Shown piece after piece: positions 15,541-21,075 of a stretch of DNA of 21,075 bases (positions are counted from its first letter, which is position 1; each line of letters begins with the position of its first letter). Location: assembly GCA_031425655.1 (NCBI GenBank), contig JANPJS010000286.1:1-21075 (forward strand). The letters are read 5' to 3'. The notes under the pieces were generated by a model. That model was not told the DNA's origin. It saw only the letters and a list, made by a program, of their open reading frames with translations, and did no database searches. Both the position numbers and the translations under genes were made by a program. Origin of the DNA: Abditibacteriaceae bacterium (GTDB taxonomy: Bacteria > Armatimonadota > Abditibacteriia > Abditibacteriales > Abditibacteriaceae).

Positions 15541-17441
15541 AAACCAAACACCGCTTTACTCTGCTGCTCACTGCCGCGATGCTTTGCCTCCAAATGGGCA
15601 GCGCACGCGCTCAACAAATCCCGCCCGCCGGCTTTTCCGAAGCCAAACAGATCGAAGTTCTGAAATCCGAGGCGGGTTTTAAAGAAAAACAGGACGCCTG
15701 CCGTGCGCTGGCTTTAGGCGGCACCAAAGAGGCCGTCCCGGCGCTCGCGGCGTTGCTTGGCGACGAGAAACTGAGCCACATGGCTCGTTATGCGCTGGAA
15801 CAAATCAACGATCCTGCTGGAACGACGGCTTTGCGCGAAGCACTCGGCACAGCCAAAGGTCTGCCGCTGGTCGGGGTTATCGGCAGCGTCGGCACCATGC
15901 GCGATGTCACGGCCATTGCGCCGCTGACCAAAATTCTCAATGGCGGCGATGCTGAAGCCGCGGATGCAGCGGCGCATGCGCTGGGACGCATCGGCACAGC
16001 CGCGTCCGCGAAAGCACTGATGGGCGCCTTAGCGAAACCGACGCCGATGCTTTACGACGGAATCCTGCGTTGCGCTGAATCATTGCCTGCCAAAGATGCG
16101 GCGGCGCTTTACGACGCGATTCGCAAACCGCCCGCACCGCAGCCGATTCGCATGGCCGCGCTGCGTAGCGCCATTATCGCGCGCGGTGAGCAAGGCGCGC
16201 CGTTACTTATCGAAGCCTTGCGCGGCAACGACCACGCGCCGGCGCTTGCGGCGATACAAGCTGCGCGGGAATTGAAGGGCACGGGCGTGACCAAAGTTTT
16301 GGCCACCGAACTTGAATCCGGCAAACTCGCTGCGGATCGTCAACTGTTATTGGTTCAGGCTCTCGGCAACCGCCGTGATAAAGTCGCCGGGCCGCAATTG
16401 TTGGCCGTAGCGAAGAAAAGTGAAGGCGACCTGCGCGCGATGGCAGTCAAATCCATGGTGCAGATTGGTGACGCTTCAGCCTTGCCATTCTTCGCCGAAA
16501 TGGCGGCAGCCGACGATGCCGAAGTTGCCAAAGCGGCTCGTGCCGGCCTGAGCGGGTTTGTGGGCCGCGAAGCCGATGCGCCGATTGCGGGAATGTTCCA
16601 ATCTACGAATCCCAAAGCGCGCATAGCGGCGGCGGAACTGGCCAATCAACGCCGGATGACAACCGCGATTCCCCAACTTTTGCGGGGCGCGGGCGATGCC
16701 GACGCTGCGGTTGCCACCGCGAGTCTGCGCACTCTGGGTGAGATCGGTGGCAATGCCGAAGCGCCGGCGTTAATCAAGATTTTAACCAGCGGCACGTCTA
16801 TGCCGGCAGCCGAAGGCGCGCTTTCGGCGATTTACACGCGCACTCGTGACGCTTCGGTCGGGAATGCGCTGAGCGCGGCCTTACCGACGGCGCCGGTGCC
16901 CGCAAAGCTCGGCCTGATGCGCGTTTTGCGACGCGTTGGCGGCCCAACCGCGCTGGCCACACTGCGCACGGCGATGAGCGACACCAACGAGGAAGTTCGG
17001 GAAAACGCCATGCGCAATATGGGCGAATGGCCGACCGTTGATGCCCTGCCGGACTTGCTTACGTTGGCGAAAACACCGCCCACTCCGACCATCAAAATTC
17101 TGGCCCTGCGTGGCATTCTGCGGCTGATTCCTCTGCAAACCGTATCCTCTGCAGAGAAGTTAAGCTCACTTAAAGAATCGCTGGCGCTGGTAGAACGCCC
17201 AGAAGAAAAGCGCCTGGCTCTGGCGGCATTGGGAGGCATTCCGACCGCCGAATCGCTCGCTTTAGTGATGCAAGAATTGGCGAACCCGGCACTCAGAGCG
17301 GAAGCCACTCTGACGGCTGTCGCCATTGGCGAGGAGTTGACGAAGACACAGCCGGCAGTGGTGAGCGAGGCGATGGGCTTGGTTATGAAAGCAACCGAAG
17401 ATAAGCAGCTCATCAAGCGCGCACAGGCTCTGGTGCGTTAG
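15537..17441 (+). CDS. Exported HEAT-repeat (PBS-lyase-like) protein
   Basis: ATGA overlap with the oxidoreductase, Sec signal peptide, many A.ALG.IG...A..AL repeats. Confidence 0.9.
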   Translation: MKTKHRFTLLLTAAMLCLQMGSARAQQIPPAGFSEAKQIEVLKSEAGFKEKQDACRALALGGTKEAVPALAALLGDEKLSHMARYALEQINDPAGTTALREALGTAKGLPLVGVIGSVGTMRDVTAIAPLTKILNGGDAEAADAAAHALGRIGTAASAKALMGALAKPTPMLYDGILRCAESLPAKDAAALYDAIRKPPAPQPIRMAALRSAIIARGEQGAPLLIEALRGNDHAPALAAIQAARELKGTGVTKVLATELESGKLAADRQLLLVQALGNRRDKVAGPQLLAVAKKSEGDLRAMAVKSMVQIGDASALPFFAEMAAADDAEVAKAARAGLSGFVGREADAPIAGMFQSTNPKARIAAAELANQRRMTTAIPQLLRGAGDADAAVATASLRTLGEIGGNAEAPALIKILTSGTSMPAAEGALSAIYTRTRDASVGNALSAALPTAPVPAKLGLMRVLRRVGGPTALATLRTAMSDTNEEVRENAMRNMGEWPTVDALPDLLTLAKTPPTPTIKILALRGILRLIPLQTVSSAEKLSSLKESLALVERPEEKRLALAALGGIPTAESLALVMQELANPALRAEATLTAVAIGEELTKTQPAVVSEAMGLVMKATEDKQLIKRAQALVR

Positions 17442-17464
17442 AAGATGCCGTAAATAACTCGACT

Positions 17465-17629
17465 TGCTACCTATGCGGCCTGGCGAATAAATTCGCGGCT
17501 CAAGGCGCCAAAGGCGCCGATTGTCCGCCTGCGCGGACAGCAGACCGTCGGCGCAGGCTGGGCGCCCTCTGGGCAGAATCCGCCGAAGGCGCTGAGCCGC
17601 GATTTCAATCGCCGGGTCAATAGGTAGCA
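17465..17629. repeat. REP doublet between convergent genes, same family as 7503-7640
   Basis: Outer IR TGCTACCTAT/ATAGGTAGCA (17465-17474 / 17620-17629). CCTGGCGAATAAATTCGCGGCTCA (17479-17502) pairs imperfectly with TGAGCCGCGATTTCAATCGCCGGG (17593-17616). Hairpin TGTCCGCCTGCGCGGACA. Confidence 0.85.
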
Positions 17630-17639
17630 CGTTACGACT

Positions 17640-18947
17640 TTAAAAGGGACGCAGTTTCTCAGGAACTGCGTCCCTTTTGCCGTCGCGGACGGGCTTTACT
17701 ACGCCGCTTTTTTTCTGCGGTTTGAGAAACAGCACCAAAAGCACGAAGAACACAATGAGAAGCAGTAAACGCGGCAGCATTTCTAAGAAGTTCTGCCATA
17801 AATGATGCAGGGCACTCTTAGTTGTTCGCCTCGCAAAACCCGAAGCTCTGCCTTTTATCACCGCTAAATGGCCTTTCGCTGCTTGGGAACTGAGGCGAGG
17901 CGAAGGATGAGCCGATGGCCGGAAAACGGACGGCGCGGGCGATGCCGAAGTCGAAGTCGGCGGCGCCATTTGCGATTGCGCGGGCGCATTCGCGGTCGCT
18001 ACGGGTTGAACACTCGGCGAAGAGCGTTTAGGCTGGAGCGCATTTAAAAACTCCTCGATACTTTGCGGTCGGTCGTCGCCTTTGAGTTGTAACGCCCACT
18101 TGATGGCGTCTTCCACGGCGGGCGTAATTTTCTGAAAAGAGCGCAATGGGACGACATCCTCGCCGGCCATGCGCGCCGGGGCTTCGGGCGGCACTTGGCC
18201 GCTCAAGAGATAATAAAAGGTCGCACCTAAAGCATAAAGATCGGTATAAGGGCCGAATTTGGCTTGCCGGCCATATTGTTCCGGCGGCGAGTAGCCCAAC
18301 GAGCCAAAGCGCAAAGCGTTGGTCAAGCGCAGCGTGTGATAGGTGTCCACCGGGGCGAGTTCTTTATTCAACCCGAAATCCAGCAGCACTACGCGGTCTT
18401 TGGCAGAAATGCGCGCGTGGTTTCCGTCCGCGCAGACAATGACATTGTCCGGCTTGATGTCGCGGTGAATAAAATGAGCGCGATGGACTTCGATTAACGC
18501 GGCTCCAACCTGCTCAATGAAACTCAACGCCAACGGCTCCGGCAGCGGCCCTCGCTCTGCCACCAACTCTTCCAGCGTCGGGCCTTTCAAGAACTCCATC
18601 ACCAGATAAGCGGTGTTGTTTTCTTGAAAAGTGCTGTCCACACGCACAATGCCCGGATGGCGAAAAGCCGACAGCAAACGCGCTTCACTTAAAAACCCCT
18701 CGCGCGCCTTGATTTGATCCGCTTCGCTCATGGACGCAGGAAAATGCACATTCTGACCGGAGCGAACGCAGCCTTCCGGGAAAAACTCTTTCACGGCAAC
18801 GTGCGATTGTCGCGCGCCTTTGCCGGCCTCCGTGTCCTGCGCCTGATAAGTCACGCCAAAGCCGCCCCGTCCCAGCACCTGACCGACAACGAAGCGCCCC
18901 TCGTTCAGCGCAAGGCCGGAATCCAAAGTATCTTTAGTGGCAGACAT
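17640..18947 (-). CDS. Hanks-type Ser/Thr protein kinase with C-terminal TM helix
   Basis: LGRGGFG, VAVKE, HRDIKPDN, DFG, GYSPPEQ, TDLYALG, Pro/Ser-rich linker, TM LLLLIVFFVLLVLFL. Start at 18947 or 18959; the extension to 19115 is translated repeat DNA. Confidence 0.92.
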   Translation of the reverse strand: MSATKDTLDSGLALNEGRFVVGQVLGRGGFGVTYQAQDTEAGKGARQSHVAVKEFFPEGCVRSGQNVHFPASMSEADQIKAREGFLSEARLLSAFRHPGIVRVDSTFQENNTAYLVMEFLKGPTLEELVAERGPLPEPLALSFIEQVGAALIEVHRAHFIHRDIKPDNVIVCADGNHARISAKDRVVLLDFGLNKELAPVDTYHTLRLTNALRFGSLGYSPPEQYGRQAKFGPYTDLYALGATFYYLLSGQVPPEAPARMAGEDVVPLRSFQKITPAVEDAIKWALQLKGDDRPQSIEEFLNALQPKRSSPSVQPVATANAPAQSQMAPPTSTSASPAPSVFRPSAHPSPRLSSQAAKGHLAVIKGRASGFARRTTKSALHHLWQNFLEMLPRLLLLIVFFVLLVLFLKPQKKSGVVKPVRDGKRDAVPEKLRPF

Positions 18948-18990
18948 AGCAAGCGACATAGCAAGCGATAAGTAGTCAGACAAAAAAAGA

Positions 18991-19146
18991 TTAAACCGCA
19001 GAGACGCCGAGAGCGCAGAGGCAAAAAGAGCTTCGGGCCAACAGCAGGCGCACACTCCTGGCCCAGACTGGCCACCTCCCGGCACCGCGCCCAGCCCCTC
19101 TCCAACCTCTCTCATGCTCGGCGCCCTCGGCGTCTCTGCGGTTTAA
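18991..19146. repeat. Inverted-repeat element of the AACCGCAGAGACGC type
   Basis: 30-bp arms 18991-19020 and 19117-19146 are 28/30 complementary, with TTAA at both ends and a 96-nt spacer. Confidence 0.85.
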
Positions 19147-19177
19147 CTTAATTTTGTTCAGCCACTTAATCCTCACC

Positions 19178-19397
19178 TTACGCAGTAGATTATGGTAGGC
19201 GCTGCAAAGAGCGACTTCGTCGCTCGTGGAAACCCCCAACCCCCTTGGTAAGGGGGCTAAACCATGACGCTTCTTCACAGGAATCACGTTATTCTTAGCC
19301 AAAAGCGTAAGAACATAGCCCCCTTACCAAGGGGGTTGGGGGTTTCCACGAGCGACGAAGTCGCTCTTTGCAGCGCCTACCATAATCTACTGCGTAA
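19178..19397. repeat. Perfect 82-bp inverted repeat with 56-nt spacer (MITE/REPIN-like)
   Basis: 19178-19259 is the exact reverse complement of 19316-19397. Each arm holds hairpins GAGCGAC-TTC-GTCGCTC and CCCCCTT-GGT-AAGGGGG. Confidence 0.92.
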
Positions 19398-19418
19398 CAT
19401 GAATTAACCGTCAAAAAT

Positions 19419-20891
19419 TTAAATGCGCTCGAAATCAATATGGCCTTGTTCGAGATCGGTGCGAAGCAGGCGCACGCGCACCCGGTCGCCTACATCCAGG
19501 CCGCGCTCGCCGCGCATCACGCGGCCTTCCACGAGGGGCGTTTTGGTTCGCACGTAAGTGCCTTTGCGCGAAGCGCCGGTCACGACGGCTTCAAAAACGT
19601 CGCCGATACGATCTTGCAAAAGCGCAGCGGCGGCGATTTTACGCATTAATCGCTCCACTTTTTGCGCGGCGGCTTCGCGTTCCGAGCAATGCGCGGCAAT
19701 CGCCGCCAATTCTTCGGTGCCGTAGGGCGCAGGCGCGCCGTCGAGTTGGCTTTGCACGATGCGCTGCGTCACCAAATCGGGAAAACGGCGGTTGGGCGCG
19801 GTGCTGTGAGCGTAATTTTGCATTCCCAGACCAAAATGCCCCACGCTGTCTTGCGCGCCATGCACCACGACATATTCGCCGCGTCCCAACAGCTTGAGAA
19901 TCGCCAGCGATAGGTCGGCAAAGCGTTCGGGAGCAAGGGCACGCTGCGCAGTGAGAAATTGCGAGAGCGCCCGTGCATCGGGATAATCGGGAAGAATTGC
20001 ATTCTTTTCGCGGGCCAGTTGCACGATGCGCGGCCAGCGCTGCGGCTCGCGCACGATGCGTTGAATCGCCGCGCAACCGTGCGATTCGAGCCATCCGGCT
20101 AAAACCGTGTTGGTCGTTACCATGAAGTTTTCGATGATGACGCGCGCCGGATTTTTGCGCTGCGTCGCCAAGCCCGTCACGCGCCCATTGACCACAATCG
20201 GCCGGGCTTCGACTTGCTCCACATCTAATGCGCCCTGACTTTGCCGCCGCTTGTGCAAGCGCATTGCGACTTCCCACTGCAAACGAATCTGCGCTTCTAA
20301 ATTCGGCACCTGAACCACTTCGCGCGGCGCGGCGCTTTGGCCCTCAAGCCAATCGCCAATGACTTCATAAACCAATTTCGCCGCGTTCTTAACCTGCGCG
20401 CGGTAAATCTCGCTGCGAGTCACGATGCCATCGGCGCCCACCGTCATATCCACGACGATCACGCCGCGCTCCTGCCCCGGCAACAACGAAGTGATGTCCG
20501 TGGACAGTCGCTCCGGCAGCAACGGGAAGGTTTGCACGCCGGTGTAAATCGAAACCGTGTTACCAGCCGCGTGCCTGTCAATGGCCGATGACAAAGGCAC
20601 ATAAGCCGCGACATCGGCGACGCCGACACAAAGGCGAATGTCCTCGTTTTCCAAGCGTTCGCACCATTCGACCTGATCGAGATCGCGCGATTCTTCGTTG
20701 TCAATAGACGACCATAATAGATGTCGCAAATCACGAACGGCGTGGTTTATTGGAGATTCCGCTTCGTCGAGTCGAGCCGCTTCGGCCAGAGCCGCCGCTG
20801 GAAACTGTGTTTCAAACCCGGCCTCGCGCGCAGCACGTTCGGCCCGTTCGCGCAAGTCCATCGCTTCAAAAAGCTGAGCGTTATTGTGCAT
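19419..20891 (-). CDS. RNB-domain 3'-5' exoribonuclease (RNase II/R family, short form with C-terminal S1-like domain)
   Basis: SIDNEESRDLDQ, VGVADV, IIENFM, HFGLG...YAHSTAPNRRFPDLVTQR, C-terminal GDRVRVRL....GHIDF. Start at 20894, 20891 or 20861. Confidence 0.92.
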   Translation of the reverse strand: MHNNAQLFEAMDLRERAERAAREAGFETQFPAAALAEAARLDEAESPINHAVRDLRHLLWSSIDNEESRDLDQVEWCERLENEDIRLCVGVADVAAYVPLSSAIDRHAAGNTVSIYTGVQTFPLLPERLSTDITSLLPGQERGVIVVDMTVGADGIVTRSEIYRAQVKNAAKLVYEVIGDWLEGQSAAPREVVQVPNLEAQIRLQWEVAMRLHKRRQSQGALDVEQVEARPIVVNGRVTGLATQRKNPARVIIENFMVTTNTVLAGWLESHGCAAIQRIVREPQRWPRIVQLAREKNAILPDYPDARALSQFLTAQRALAPERFADLSLAILKLLGRGEYVVVHGAQDSVGHFGLGMQNYAHSTAPNRRFPDLVTQRIVQSQLDGAPAPYGTEELAAIAAHCSEREAAAQKVERLMRKIAAAALLQDRIGDVFEAVVTGASRKGTYVRTKTPLVEGRVMRGERGLDVGDRVRVRLLRTDLEQGHIDFERI

Positions 20892-21075
20892 CACAAGGTC
20901 TCTTTAAAACTGAGGAGAAACGGGATTAAATTGCGGCGTTTCATGGAGTTCATAGTGGAATGGGCTTTTCGGTTAGATTCAGGCATTACGCACGTTCTAC
21001 GAGCGCCTTTCATTCCAACAAGCATTTAGAATCAGTTTAAAAGTCTGATTAAGACCATGAAAGAAGAGTTTGGTC

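Noticed and set aside
18960..19302. N-terminal kinase extension to 19115 and ORFs 18905-19105 and 18991-19302
   Set aside because: They are translated inverted-repeat sequence upstream of the kinase domain, with no protein-like features.
1..21075. CRISPR array, tRNA, rRNA or riboswitch
   Set aside because: The repeats are inverted pairs, not regularly spaced direct repeats with unique spacers. No cas genes, cloverleaf or recognisable riboswitch consensus was seen by eye; an Infernal/Rfam scan would be decisive.
21057..21075. Possible CDS start ATGAAAGAAGAGTTTGGTC at the right edge
   Set aside because: Only six codons are visible and there is no clear RBS, so it cannot be supported.

Overview
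Bacterial genomic window of roughly 55-60% GC (estimated by eye). The gene content is PVC-like (DUF1592 cytochrome protein, Tat-exported Gfo/Idh/MocA plus HEAT protein, NIPSNAP, WD40); an Armatimonadota/Abditibacteriota- or Planctomycetota-type host is an inference. There are 13 intact CDSs. On the minus strand a DUF1592/c-type cytochrome gene is coupled to a two-domain HMA gene. These are followed by a WD40 membrane protein and a Tat NIPSNAP protein. A divergent carbohydrate-catabolism cluster has a PMI-like cupin, a TIM-barrel isomerase, a Gfo/Idh/MocA oxidoreductase, a beta-helix protein and a DUF4432 aldose-epimerase on the minus strand, and a Tat Gfo/Idh/MocA plus a HEAT protein on the plus strand. 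The window ends with a membrane Ser/Thr kinase and an RNB ribonuclease. Two items are missing from the ORF track: an internally deleted alpha/beta-hydrolase remnant and a 34-codon Cys-rich membrane peptide with a stop at codon 2. The most striking non-coding signal is seven intergenic palindromic elements from about five unrelated sequence families, several of them nested. The clearest is a 198-bp element with perfect 17-bp ISAs1-like terminal inverted repeats and a perfect 10-bp target-site duplication, which encloses a REP doublet. No transposase, rRNA, tRNA or CRISPR array was seen. Family assignments come from motif recognition, not database searches.
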